Source: a virus (Duplodnaviria > Caudoviricetes). From it: a stretch of DNA of 44,665 bases. Positions within the stretch are counted from its first letter, which is position 1, and each line of letters opens with the position of its first letter. Below, one piece after another: positions 18,274 to 27,683 of the stretch. A program made the translations under genes and the position numbers. Location: positions 1-44,665 of the IMG/VR virus record IMGVR_UViG_3300024254_000013. The stretch is one strand, 5' to 3'. Below the pieces are notes generated by a model. That model was not told where the DNA came from and made no database searches. It saw only the letters and a list, made by a program, of their open reading frames with translations.

Positions 18274-19034
18274 GCGATCACCACCTGATAATTCTGGGCG
18301 GCGGTGTTTCCCATGATGTCCGTGCACAGCACCTCGAAGTAATAGGTCCCAGCGACCGTCGGCGTTCCCGAGATAATTCCCGTGACCGGCGACAGCGTGA
18401 GGCCCGTTGGCAAGGTCCCCGAGGGCTTGGTCCAGGTGTATTGACCCACGCCGCCTGTGGCGCTTACGGTGGCCGAATAGGCGACGTTGTGCGTGCCGCC
18501 CGCGAGCGACAGCGTGTTGATCTGCAGCGGCTGGATGTTGAGCATCCCGTAGATCGGCCCAACGGCGGCCGGGGATACCCCTGAGACGATCGCTACATTG
18601 CCGACGATGCGCGGGGCTAAGAGGGCCAGGTACTTCTGCCCGAAGTCCGTGCGCATGTATTGGCCCAGGATGGCGCTGTTTTGCACATACTCTGGGATGG
18701 CATAAGCGATCGACACCGATCCAATGGACTTGTTTTGGATCGTTCCCCCGCCGGACGACTTAACCCCGCGCCCGCGATTAACGGGCGACAGCCCACCGGC
18801 ACCCTGGACGTTGAGCGCCAGGTAGTGCGCGGACAGGTAGAGGTAGGCAATGTTTAACTCCGTCGTGGATCCAAGGGCGGTCGCGCCGTCCCATAGCCCA
18901 GGGTTAAACGACACATACGTCTCGTTGATCGAGCGCTGGATATCGTTGTCCTGCACATCGGCGAGGCTCTCGCCGTATTTGAATTCACGCGTAAACTGCG
19001 CCTTAAAGTCGGCGACCGACGGGGGATAGGACAT
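18270..19034 (-). CDS. Head-tail adaptor (DUF4054-like) with C-terminal putative Ig domain
   Basis: F...F..EF, YL.AHYL, S.S.GSVS..Y and T.FGQ.YL motifs, then GG...YTW...GTLPTGLTL...GIISGTPT.AGTY. Confidence 0.85.
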   Translation of the reverse strand: MSYPPSVADFKAQFTREFKYGESLADVQDNDIQRSINETYVSFNPGLWDGATALGSTTELNIAYLYLSAHYLALNVQGAGGLSPVNRGRGVKSSGGGTIQNKSIGSVSIAYAIPEYVQNSAILGQYMRTDFGQKYLALLAPRIVGNVAIVSGVSPAAVGPIYGMLNIQPLQINTLSLAGGTHNVAYSATVSATGGVGQYTWTKPSGTLPTGLTLSPVTGIISGTPTVAGTYYFEVLCTDIMGNTAAQNYQVVIA

Positions 19035-19037
19035 TCC

Positions 19038-19337
19038 CTATCTCCCTTTGCTTTGGAATTTCTCCAATTGCTTTTTTAGGGTCTCGACATCACTGAGCGC
19101 CGCGGCCTTATCGGCTTCGAGCTGCTCAATATGCGCCGACAGGCCCGGCGCGAATTGCTTCGTCGTCGTGACGCCGCGGTACTTTTTGAGCTGCTCATAC
19201 TCGGCGGCGTCGGTGAATTCCAGAGATTCGCCGATGCCGAACGTGCGGCCGTCTTTCAATTTGAACGGATTGCGGCTGTTGTTAAACAGCACCATCTTTT
19301 CAGACGATGCCTTCTCGTGCTTTTCTTTTTCTGCCAT
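19038..19337 (-). CDS. Small head-associated hypothetical protein
   Basis: AAGGAG RBS; position after the capsid gene. Confidence 0.75.
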   Translation of the reverse strand: MAEKEKHEKASSEKMVLFNNSRNPFKLKDGRTFGIGESLEFTDAAEYEQLKKYRGVTTTKQFAPGLSAHIEQLEADKAAALSDVETLKKQLEKFQSKGR

Positions 19338-19389
19338 ATGGTCTCCTTGGGTCCGTGGTTAGAGCGACCCCCCAAAGGGGGCCCTCGCC

Positions 19390-20436
19390 TTAGCTATGGT
19401 CGAAATACAGAACTTCGGGAACGCGATAGATCACCAGGCCCGTCAACTGGCCCAATGCCACACCGTTCCAGCGGAAGTTATCAGCCGACATCGGCGCGCG
19501 CAGCACGAAGGGCAGCGGAATGTCCATCCGCATGGTCTCTTCGTTGTTCCGATAGAGGACGTAGCGGTTCGTGTTGTTGAAGGCCGTGTTGTTGGCTTTA
19601 TCGCCGTAGGCGCAAGGGTACATGCGGAAGTTCGGATTCCCCGTCGCCGCTTTGAACGCATCCATCAGATACGTCAACATGCTCACGTTCGGGAATTGCG
19701 GATTGATCGGCGTCACGAGCCCGAGCCAGTCCTGATACGGAATCTCGAAGGTGTCCGGCAGGACGGTGTCGTTCGAGTTCAGGAAGTAGGCCGCCATGAC
19801 GGTCGCCACGAACGTGCCAAACTCCGTATAGCTCATCGTCGAGATGTTCTTCGTGATGACGGAGGTGTTGATCGTTACGCCCGTGTTGGTCAAGAGGCCA
19901 GGCACGCGCGAGTCGGAATACGACCCGAGGAACGCGGTTTTCTGCACGCCAAGATCCCAGCGCTTTTTGTTCGCCCGCATTTTCGCTTCGATCGGGTTCC
20001 AGTTGTTAGACCGGAGCGCCTTCTCAACCGCCAGGTCGGTGTACTGATACCCGCCGACCCACGTTTTGATGACGGCATTGATCGGCGCGATGTTGGCGTC
20101 GACGTTGGTCACGCGCGTTTCTTCGGCGGTGGATTGATACCCGCTCTCGAAGTCGCCGGCCGATTGATACTCGATGTTGGTCTCGATGTTTTCCATGTAA
20201 GCGCCTTCACCGACGACGACCGGCATGTACTCCGCCGGGGCGATTTCATAGAACACCTGTTCGACGACGCGCTGACGAATCAGCGTGGTCGTTTGGATCG
20301 TGTACTGCACGCCGAGTGTCGATGAGTCGATGGCGCCGTTGGAGTTCCGCATTTGGTAATCGTCAGCGAAACTCGGCTGGTAGGCGATCCCGCCGTTTTT
20401 TAGGTCTTCACACAATTGGGCATATGTCTTGGGCAT
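19390..20436 (-). CDS. Major capsid protein (DUF2184/HK97 fold)
   Basis: 348 aa; AFLG...VPGLL, PDT..IP and GLVIYR.....Y.D motifs; AAGGAG RBS; hairpin downstream. Confidence 0.9.
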   Translation of the reverse strand: MPKTYAQLCEDLKNGGIAYQPSFADDYQMRNSNGAIDSSTLGVQYTIQTTTLIRQRVVEQVFYEIAPAEYMPVVVGEGAYMENIETNIEYQSAGDFESGYQSTAEETRVTNVDANIAPINAVIKTWVGGYQYTDLAVEKALRSNNWNPIEAKMRANKKRWDLGVQKTAFLGSYSDSRVPGLLTNTGVTINTSVITKNISTMSYTEFGTFVATVMAAYFLNSNDTVLPDTFEIPYQDWLGLVTPINPQFPNVSMLTYLMDAFKAATGNPNFRMYPCAYGDKANNTAFNNTNRYVLYRNNEETMRMDIPLPFVLRAPMSADNFRWNGVALGQLTGLVIYRVPEVLYFDHS

Positions 20437-20471
20437 TCGGTTTTTATCTCCTTAATTATTTCCTCGGATCA

Positions 20472-20960
20472 TTAAGAATTGATCGCGAGGGGGTTGGTGA
20501 TCATGACGCGCAGCGCTTGTCCGGTGACGGCATAGTCCAAAGCGATGCCGCGAGCTTTGGAGCTGGTGCCTGTGGCATTCACGTGGTTGGCGTCGTTTAG
20601 GTTGTAAACGGTCGCGCCCGGCGTGATGGTGCCGTCGGCAAGGAGCCACATCACTGGCCCAAACAACCCAGCGACTTGCACGGGGGTCGGAACACCCGAG
20701 GCGAATGTGAAGTTCTGGACGGTCGGCGTGAAGAATCCGAAGGCCAGAACATTGGCAGTGGCGAGGATGAAATTGATTACACTGCCAGCCGTGTAAGCAA
20801 TGGTCGTGTCGATCGCGGCGGGATTTCCAGCAACAACAGCCGAGGCTTGGTTGGGGCTCAAGATCCCGGCGATACGGCCCGACCGCATGATGTCTAAGTC
20901 AAGGTTGCCAATTTGGACGGATTGCCCAAATTGGTTGGTATATAGCTGTGTTCCACTCAT
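20472..20960 (-). CDS. Head decoration/cement protein
   Basis: 162 aa beta-rich protein between scaffold and MCP; G..W..A...ITPG..VY...GIALD. Confidence 0.75.
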   Translation of the reverse strand: MSGTQLYTNQFGQSVQIGNLDLDIMRSGRIAGILSPNQASAVVAGNPAAIDTTIAYTAGSVINFILATANVLAFGFFTPTVQNFTFASGVPTPVQVAGLFGPVMWLLADGTITPGATVYNLNDANHVNATGTSSKARGIALDYAVTGQALRVMITNPLAINS

Positions 20961-20991
20961 TGTTTAATGCCTCCTTAAGTTTTGGTGTGGC

Positions 20992-22410
20992 TTATTTACC
21001 TGCCGCGGCCGCTTCTGCCTGCGCCTGCGTTTTTCCGAACATCTCTTTCCCCCTGCGAAGCCCGTCGTTAACGGACGGCACGACAGGCGAGGGGAGCTCG
21101 CCCTTGCGCATCCGGGCCGCGTTGGACAACCGATCCGCAGCAATCGCATTGCAGATGGCGCATTTATCGTTAATGGCTGCGCTATGCTGCCCGTTGGTGT
21201 GCTGGGAATTCATAAGGAGGGCATTTTTGGCATCCTCTTCCTTTTTCTTTTTCTTTTCCTCGTCGTCGTCCTCCGCGTTTTCTAAATCCTTTTTTTCCTT
21301 TTTGTCTTTATCGTCGTCGTCCTTCTCGGCGTTTTTAGCGTCGGCCTCGGCCTTCTTTTTCTTTTTTTCCTCGTCCTCGTCATCGTCGGCGTTTTTGACT
21401 TTCTCGGCGATGGCGTTCTTGAGGTCGGAGCCCTTGTAGGTCTTGCCGTTGACGATCACCATGTCCTCGTCGCCAATAGTTTTGGCCTTCTTGGCTTCCT
21501 GCGCTTCGAGCGCGGCCACCGCGTTTTCAATGGAATACTCGGCCCCGTCGGCGCCCGTAAAAATGACCTTCGCCGGGTCGACTTCGATGGCGTTCTGAAC
21601 GTCCTTCCCGTCTTTTTTAAGCCATTGCAAGAGCTTCATCGTTTTAGTTCCTCCTGTGGAATTCATAAGTTTTGCGCCCTCGTACCGCGGGCCAGCAACG
21701 ACCGCGAGGTGCTTGAAACGCCCGTCAGTAACTTCCTTGTCGTATGCGACTTGGTTCAACGTGCCGGCAGGCCCCCAGGGCGGGAGCGCAGTGTACTCGC
21801 ATGAAACAGCCTGGCTGAGCAGGTTCTTTCTTGTGTCCTCGTCCCAGACAAGCGCCTCGCAACAGAACCAGGCTTCCTTGGGATCCCACCACGCGCGCGT
21901 CACCACGCCGTCGGCTTTACCGTTCTTGTAGTCGTCGGGCGAGACATCGCGGTGTGCGAGATTGATGACGGGTTTTCCGACGATGCTTTTCTCGGGGTCC
22001 GAGAGCATCTTGTCGATGGCGTTTTTAGTGACCAGCACCCGCGCGCCGTCGCCGTCGTTCATGTATTCGTATTCGACGAGCCCCGGCATTAAGAATTTGA
22101 TGGGGGGGGAGGCCTTGGGGAATCCGTCGCGCGTGACCAGCTTCTGCATGTCGGCGTTGGAAAGGAGGCCGTTTTCGACGGCGTTTTCCAGTGCGTGCTT
22201 AAGCGCCGGCTCCCGCATCGATTCGATGATCCCTTCCTTTTCGTCCTCGGGGACCTCGTTTTCGATGTCCGTGTCCTCAATCCCTGTTTTCGTTCCACGC
22301 CGTCCAGCGATGGTATAGCGTGGATTTTGGTCGTCGCTGGAATCGATCTCGGTGATGGACCACGTCTCACCGAGCACACGCACCTTATCGCCGACTTTTC
22401 TTTTTGCCAT
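20992..22410 (-). CDS. DUF2213-like prohead protease/scaffold fusion
   Basis: GKPV...H, VSC.Y and HLAVV..PRY protease-like core followed by a K/D/E-rich scaffold region. Confidence 0.85.
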   Translation of the reverse strand: MAKRKVGDKVRVLGETWSITEIDSSDDQNPRYTIAGRRGTKTGIEDTDIENEVPEDEKEGIIESMREPALKHALENAVENGLLSNADMQKLVTRDGFPKASPPIKFLMPGLVEYEYMNDGDGARVLVTKNAIDKMLSDPEKSIVGKPVINLAHRDVSPDDYKNGKADGVVTRAWWDPKEAWFCCEALVWDEDTRKNLLSQAVSCEYTALPPWGPAGTLNQVAYDKEVTDGRFKHLAVVAGPRYEGAKLMNSTGGTKTMKLLQWLKKDGKDVQNAIEVDPAKVIFTGADGAEYSIENAVAALEAQEAKKAKTIGDEDMVIVNGKTYKGSDLKNAIAEKVKNADDDEDEEKKKKKAEADAKNAEKDDDDKDKKEKKDLENAEDDDEEKKKKKEEDAKNALLMNSQHTNGQHSAAINDKCAICNAIAADRLSNAARMRKGELPSPVVPSVNDGLRRGKEMFGKTQAQAEAAAAGK

Positions 22411-22422
22411 ATACCGATCCGC

Positions 22423-22521
22423 CTATTTCAGGATCTTCGATAGCAGCCAATGCGCCAGAGAGAAACCAACCCCAAAGAAAAACCCGAACACAATCTGTCT
22501 CAGACATTCCGCGAAGTTCAT
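22423..22521 (-). CDS. 32-aa hydrophobic peptide
   Basis: GGGAGGG RBS; MNFAECLRQIVFGFFFGVGFSLAHWLLSKILK. Confidence 0.55.
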   Translation of the reverse strand: MNFAECLRQIVFGFFFGVGFSLAHWLLSKILK

Positions 22522-22544
22522 ACACCCTCCCTTTAAATGCCCGG

Positions 22545-22590
22545 AAAAAAGGCGGGACCAAAGCCCACGTTAATGGACCTCGATCCCGCC
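22545..22590 (-). terminator. Intrinsic terminator-like hairpin inside the late operon
   Basis: Minus strand GGCGGGATCGAGGTCC-loop-GGGCTTTGGTCCCGCC followed by TTTTTT. Confidence 0.65.
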
Positions 22591-22657
22591 TAGAATCCGG
22601 GTGTTTACCGTCGCTCTTAGGAACGCGAGCCGGAGCTACCGGCGCCGGTTAAAATGT

Positions 22658-22819
22658 TTACGGCTTGGCGACTGCGACCAGCTTCTTTCCTTCCATCTTG
22701 AATGCCACGTCCGACATCGGTTTGCCAGTGCGCACGGCCTCGCGCAGGCGCTCAGTGGCCGTCAGCCCGGCCTCTTTCATGGCCCTGCGCTTAATCTGCT
22801 GAATGAACGACCCCTTCAT
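22658..22819 (-). CDS. 53-aa basic hypothetical protein
   Basis: MKGSFIQQIKRRAMKEAG...VAKP; ATGA overlap with the gp7-like gene. Confidence 0.6.
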   Translation of the reverse strand: MKGSFIQQIKRRAMKEAGLTATERLREAVRTGKPMSDVAFKMEGKKLVAVAKP

Positions 22820-23856
22820 CGCGCCTCCTGCAATTCCCGGCGGTATTCTTTTCGTGCCGAGGATTTATCGGTCAAAATCGGGATGGCGACACAGCGGCAG
22901 TTATAGTCCTGGCCGGGGTTTGCCTTACGGCTCGTCGCCGGGTCTACCACTGGCGGATTGGCAAACGAAAAGACTCGTCCATCGAGCACGCGGTGGTTAT
23001 CGGATCCGTGAGTTCCAGGCGCGGGTCGTACGCGTGCGTCATGCGACGTTGACCAGATGTATTCCGTGACGCCCGCTTCCGCATAGCGCTGCTCGTGGTA
23101 CTTCGACATAAAGATCGACGTCTCATTGCGCGCCAGGAACTTGGCTTTACGGACGGTGACCCCATAACGCTTTTTGATCGACGGGATGAGCTTGTCAAAG
23201 CGGTACCCCTCCTTCGCGTTTTCCTCGACGGCCTCCCGCAAGGACAGGACTTCCTTGTCGGCGAATTTCTGGATGTAGAGCTTCATGTTCTCGGAATATT
23301 CCTCGGCCATTGTGCGGCGGGAGGCGGCGCTCAGTTCCGGCGAGACCTCGAGCTTCTCGGCCACCGATTTAAAGCCGTCCTCGAAGGCGTCCACGGTCTT
23401 GTCGGCGTCCATCGGCCGCACGTTGATGTCGTGCTGGATGGTGCGCTGGATCTCGTTTAAGCGGCGGTTGAGCACGTCGTGGATTTCGCGGGCCTTCAGT
23501 TGGTAGGCGGCCGCCTCGGCCTTCATCCAATTCGGGACCATATTGGGGTCAATGCGAAACGATCGGCTGCGCTCGTCAAAGGTGGCGCCCAGCCGGCGCA
23601 GGGAGCTCGTGATCCCCGCGGAGAATTGCCCGGTAAACACCCCAAGCGTGTATTGAACGCGGCCGGAACGAAGCGCCGCAATCAGCGGGTCCTCCTTGGC
23701 GTTTAAGATCAAGGCGTTGATCTTAGACCCCTGTTCAATGGATTTGATCGTATGGACGAGGGGTTTAAAGATAAGGTCCCGCATGGTATCGATGATCTGG
23801 GCCTCGATGTCCCGCCAGTAGATGGGCTTTAACCGTAATGGAGCGAGCGTTTTCAT
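22816..23856 (-). CDS. Minor head/head morphogenesis protein (SPP1 gp7/Mu F family)
   Basis: AKFLARNET, EYIWSTSHDARVR...H and PGQDYNCRC motifs. Confidence 0.92.
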   Translation of the reverse strand: MKTLAPLRLKPIYWRDIEAQIIDTMRDLIFKPLVHTIKSIEQGSKINALILNAKEDPLIAALRSGRVQYTLGVFTGQFSAGITSSLRRLGATFDERSRSFRIDPNMVPNWMKAEAAAYQLKAREIHDVLNRRLNEIQRTIQHDINVRPMDADKTVDAFEDGFKSVAEKLEVSPELSAASRRTMAEEYSENMKLYIQKFADKEVLSLREAVEENAKEGYRFDKLIPSIKKRYGVTVRKAKFLARNETSIFMSKYHEQRYAEAGVTEYIWSTSHDARVRPAPGTHGSDNHRVLDGRVFSFANPPVVDPATSRKANPGQDYNCRCVAIPILTDKSSARKEYRRELQEAR

Positions 23857-24068
23857 TAGGTCAGTTTGTGCATTCCGTTTCCGTTCCCGTTCGGGAGCGC
23901 CGCTGCTTTAATGATCGGGCTGTGCTCATAGGCCATGATGACCTTGATGGCCTCGAGCAAAATGGCGATCGAGAAATTCTTGCGCTGCTGGCTGCTCATA
24001 TCCGCGCTGACCATCACCTGGGTCTGCTCGTTGTTGTGGTCAAACGCGATCGTAATCGTGCCCTTCAT
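23856..24068 (-). CDS. Hypothetical protein
   Basis: GGAGG RBS; coupled to the portal stop. Confidence 0.65.
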   Translation of the reverse strand: MKGTITIAFDHNNEQTQVMVSADMSSQQRKNFSIAILLEAIKVIMAYEHSPIIKAAALPNGNGNGMHKLT

Positions 24069-25480
24069 GCGGCCTCCTCTTTGGGTTCTTTATCGTCGGT
24101 GGTTTCCTCGTCGATTCCGTTTTCCTCGAACATGGGCTCAGGCTCCGCGCCCTGGGACACCTCAGACTCGATGGGGATCAGGCCATCCTTTTGCTGCATG
24201 TCCATGTATTCCTGCGGGTTCAAATAACCGCTGTTGGCGTCGTCCTTCCAGCGGGCGTGCTTGGAGGTTTTAACGGTTTCCTCCTCGACGGCCGTCATGG
24301 TGCGCATGGGGTAAAACTTAAACATCAGGTCGAACGTGTCGCCAAAGAGCGAGAGGCATTTCAGCTGCAGGAGCTCGTACAGCAGCGGCTTGGCCTCTTC
24401 CCGAACCTGCGACTCCACCATGCCGTTGTAATTCTCGATATCGTCCTCGCCCGAGCTCAGGCCGGCCGCCGAGATGCCGAAGAGTTTGGTCATCGGGATC
24501 CGCAGGTTGCAGGAGAGCCCGATCCGGTTCTCTTTCCAGATTTCGGCCAGGCCCGACCAGCTGAGTTGCTTCTGCTCGTATTCGTCCTCCACGTCCATGA
24601 CCAGGGCGTTATTGGTCGACTTGGCGCGGTTGGAGGTATTGAGGCGCTGGAGCATCTGCTGTGTGCCCTTCTGCGACGACAGCTGCGCCGCAAACCCTTT
24701 GAACCGATAGATGTCGACCTTGGCCTCTTTCAAAATGTCATAGACGACGTTCTGGGTGCGCAGGAAGATATTTAAGGGCTGCACGATATGCTCGACCTCG
24801 GACATGCCCCAGCCCTGCAGGATCATATTGATGGGGTACGGTGCCTCTTTACCGGAGAGGGTCTTCACGCGCGAGGCGTGGACCTTCTGCCCATAGAACG
24901 TGTAAAAGCCGTCGGGCGGGAAGCGTAGCGGGCTGGTAAGCTCCCAGCGGTGGCAGGGAATGAATTCCACGGGCCGATTGCGCGCGCCCTGCAGCGTCAG
25001 GGGTTTCTGGGGGTTCTCTCCGTTCTGAATGATGATCGCGCCGCCTCCGAAGAGCCGGGCCCAATTCATCGCGGTTTTGAAGGTCTTGAAAAACGAGGTT
25101 TTATCGAGGTCGTCGGCCAGGATTTTCAGGTCGTCTTTATCCATCATGCTCGTGTGGGAGAGCAGCTCCAGCCCACCGCGGAACCCGTCTTGCACGGGCA
25201 TGTCGATGGCGGCCTGCACAATCCCCTCGCTCTTATAGAGATAGGAGAGCGCCATGTACTGGATGGTTACGACGTTGTATCCCGTGTTGTAAATGATCGA
25301 ATCGAAATTGTTGATCTCGGCCGTCGCGCCGAAGCTTTGCACCAGGGCGTCGAAGGAATTGGACATCTTCGATTCCATCGAATTGACCTGGTTGCGCAGG
25401 CCCACGGCCTCGCGGTTTAACGCGCCAAGCTCGCGCTGCAGCCGGCGCACCTTCGCGGTCTGAGGGATGCGCTGGTTCAT
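24065..25480 (-). CDS. Portal protein (DUF1073 family)
   Basis: WARLFGG, VHASRV, GWGMS and IPMTKLFGISAAGL..GEDD..NY motifs. Confidence 0.92.
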   Translation of the reverse strand: MNQRIPQTAKVRRLQRELGALNREAVGLRNQVNSMESKMSNSFDALVQSFGATAEINNFDSIIYNTGYNVVTIQYMALSYLYKSEGIVQAAIDMPVQDGFRGGLELLSHTSMMDKDDLKILADDLDKTSFFKTFKTAMNWARLFGGGAIIIQNGENPQKPLTLQGARNRPVEFIPCHRWELTSPLRFPPDGFYTFYGQKVHASRVKTLSGKEAPYPINMILQGWGMSEVEHIVQPLNIFLRTQNVVYDILKEAKVDIYRFKGFAAQLSSQKGTQQMLQRLNTSNRAKSTNNALVMDVEDEYEQKQLSWSGLAEIWKENRIGLSCNLRIPMTKLFGISAAGLSSGEDDIENYNGMVESQVREEAKPLLYELLQLKCLSLFGDTFDLMFKFYPMRTMTAVEEETVKTSKHARWKDDANSGYLNPQEYMDMQQKDGLIPIESEVSQGAEPEPMFEENGIDEETTDDKEPKEEAA

Positions 25481-26703
25481 TTGGGTTTGCCCACCCAATC
25501 CCACGCCGGGTGTTCCTTGTGGTGGGTATAGACGGCGTAGCGTTTGGCGTCCATTAAATGATCCATGAATTTAACGGGTTCTTCGAGCACGATGCCGTTT
25601 TTATCCTGCCGCCATTTATAGACGGAGCGCTCTTTGTTAAGGTTGACGTTCGCGGGGATCGTGTAAAACTTGATGCGCTTACAGAAGTCGATCCCGATGT
25701 TGACCTCTTTATCAGCTGGATAGATATTGAACCCTGCGTTGGAAAATTCCTCGATGCGGTCGGGCTCCGCACAGTCGGCGTATATTGGGCGGTGCCGGAG
25801 TTCCTCGGGGATGACCTCTTTGACCTTTTCAATGAGCTGGCTGTTGGTGAGGTGGGTTTCGTAAAGCAGCTCGCGGAGGTTGCATTCCTGTTTGTCTTTG
25901 ATGCCGATTTCAAGAAGAGCGGAAGGGTTGTTGTATCCGAAATCGAGGCCATAGATAACGTCGGAATTCTCGTCGGTGGCTGGGAATTCCTGAACCAATT
26001 CATAAGGCCGGTAAATAATGTTGGTGAGCGCGCCCCATTCACCCTTGGCATAAACCTGGTAGGCGTTGGGGTCTTGGTCCTTGAGATCCTCGAGAATAGC
26101 GATGTAATCCTCGCCCAGGAACGGGTTGTCTTTGTAATTAGAGTGAATGATTTCGAGCTTCTCGGCAAACGTTTTTGTGAGCATGAGACGCTGGTTGATC
26201 CAGCTTTGCTCGTCGGACGGGTTAAGGCTGAAATAGATCCGGTTGGGATTGTCCGGTGGAGCAGCCGATCGGAGGCGGGTTTGAATGACGATCCAGTCCT
26301 CCCAGGTAAATTCGCTGGCTTCTTCGAGCCAGATGTCGTTCCACTCGGTGGACTTAATTTTTTCAGGGTCGTCGATAGAGAGAAAGGCGATAAAGGCGCC
26401 GTTGGCGGGGTTAGTGATAACGTGGTTGGCCCGGTCATGACGAACACGGCCATACACGCCATAGTCGGACAAGAGGCCAACCACGAGTTTATACGCCGTG
26501 AGACGGAGCGCAGGGAACGTTTTGCGGCAGATAGCAATCTTTCGATTAGGTAGTGTAAAGAGCTTCTGGACGCAAATCTGGGCGAGCGAATGGCTCTTGC
26601 TCGAGCCGGCTCCGCCGACGTTGACGATGTACTGAGCCTTTGATCGGACGTTTCGGTCATAGACCCTTGTCGTCTGAACTTGGACTATTTTTGGCTCGTT
26701 CAT
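25477..26703 (-). CDS. terL: Terminase large subunit, PBSX family
   Basis: Walker A GGAGSSKS, Walker B IWLEEA, NP motif, GLDFG, YADCAEP, DHLMDA.RY. Confidence 0.95.
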   Translation of the reverse strand: MNEPKIVQVQTTRVYDRNVRSKAQYIVNVGGAGSSKSHSLAQICVQKLFTLPNRKIAICRKTFPALRLTAYKLVVGLLSDYGVYGRVRHDRANHVITNPANGAFIAFLSIDDPEKIKSTEWNDIWLEEASEFTWEDWIVIQTRLRSAAPPDNPNRIYFSLNPSDEQSWINQRLMLTKTFAEKLEIIHSNYKDNPFLGEDYIAILEDLKDQDPNAYQVYAKGEWGALTNIIYRPYELVQEFPATDENSDVIYGLDFGYNNPSALLEIGIKDKQECNLRELLYETHLTNSQLIEKVKEVIPEELRHRPIYADCAEPDRIEEFSNAGFNIYPADKEVNIGIDFCKRIKFYTIPANVNLNKERSVYKWRQDKNGIVLEEPVKFMDHLMDAKRYAVYTHHKEHPAWDWVGKPK

Positions 26704-27193
26704 AATTGGCCGGCATAAATTGTATGACGACGGGCGCTCCATTGCCGTCGGCGATCTCGTTGCGCTCCGTAAACATCTTGAGGTGCTTGCCCAACAGCTC
26801 CAGCGCCCGGACCTTGTCCCAGAACTTCACTTTCTTAATCGATCCATCTTTATCGTCGGACTCAATAGCGGCGATGGTGGCCGCGACATCGGCGGGGATC
26901 TTATGAATCGGCAGCAGCGTCCCGTCCTTATCAAAGAGCATCCGCGGGTCAATCTCGGCCACTTTCAAAAGAGCGTTCAACACCCGTTCCTGCGTGAGGC
27001 CGGCCTTCTCTTGGATCTTGGCGAGCTCTGCATCCACGGCCTCGCGCACACTAAGTTTCGCTAAGAGCTGCGCGGCCTGCTCGTTGGCGGTTTTCTTTGA
27101 ATAACCCGCACGAATCGCTGCCTGCGTGCCGTTCTGGTCTTTTAAATATTCAGCCACGAACCTGCGGATCTTCGGCGGCAGGCCGTGGCTCAC
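26657..27193 (-). CDS. terS: Terminase small subunit
   Basis: RFVAEYLKDQNGTQAAIRAGYS...KVKFWDK..ALELLGKHL.MF. Confidence 0.95.
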   Translation of the reverse strand: MSHGLPPKIRRFVAEYLKDQNGTQAAIRAGYSKKTANEQAAQLLAKLSVREAVDAELAKIQEKAGLTQERVLNALLKVAEIDPRMLFDKDGTLLPIHKIPADVAATIAAIESDDKDGSIKKVKFWDKVRALELLGKHLKMFTERNEIADGNGAPVVIQFMPANYERAKNSPSSDDKGL

Positions 27194-27633
27194 AAATCGT
27201 GAGCGGAGTTTTCAATATCGCGGTCGTGGACAGTCACGCCCTTCGACCCGTCGCGCGATAACGAAACCTCCGCTACTTCTCCCGTAAGGGGGACGGCATA
27301 ACGACGCCCGCCTTTTAAATCGTTCTTGAGATTGGACATCCCGATGGCGAGCTCGCTGGCAATGCGCGGCCAGCAGTCTTTGGGAATGATGGGGCGCACA
27401 ATGTGGGTAAAAAAGACCAGCGCGCTTTCGAGCCCGGCGAATTCCTGATTTTCAAATTGTTTTTTTGCGTGGGCAAAGGCGCGGCAGAATGACGCATCCT
27501 TGCGTAACCAATCATGCACGGCGTCGCGTGAAATGCGGGTTCGTTTAGCGGCGGATCGGATGGAGCCGAGGAGGGCGTACGCTTTTAAAAATGGAAATTT
27601 GCGGTGTTCCTTGCGGGCGCGGGAGGTGTGCAT
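27190..27633 (-). CDS. Helix-turn-helix protein (TerS-like HTH) upstream of terS
   Basis: FLKAY...GSIRSAAKRTRISRDAVHDWLRKD..F. Confidence 0.7.
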   Translation of the reverse strand: MHTSRARKEHRKFPFLKAYALLGSIRSAAKRTRISRDAVHDWLRKDASFCRAFAHAKKQFENQEFAGLESALVFFTHIVRPIIPKDCWPRIASELAIGMSNLKNDLKGGRRYAVPLTGEVAEVSLSRDGSKGVTVHDRDIENSAHDL

Positions 27634-27683
27634 GTCGTCTTTCAGGATAGACGATCTGCCACAAACGCGCCATTAATGATTCC

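Noticed and set aside
19396-20325. Long plus-strand ORFs antisense to the capsid gene (also opposite terL at 25558-26553, the fibres at 3854-4747 and the SSAP at 42476-43390)
   Set aside because: Typical antisense shadow frames of GC3-rich genes, with no RBS or recognisable motifs
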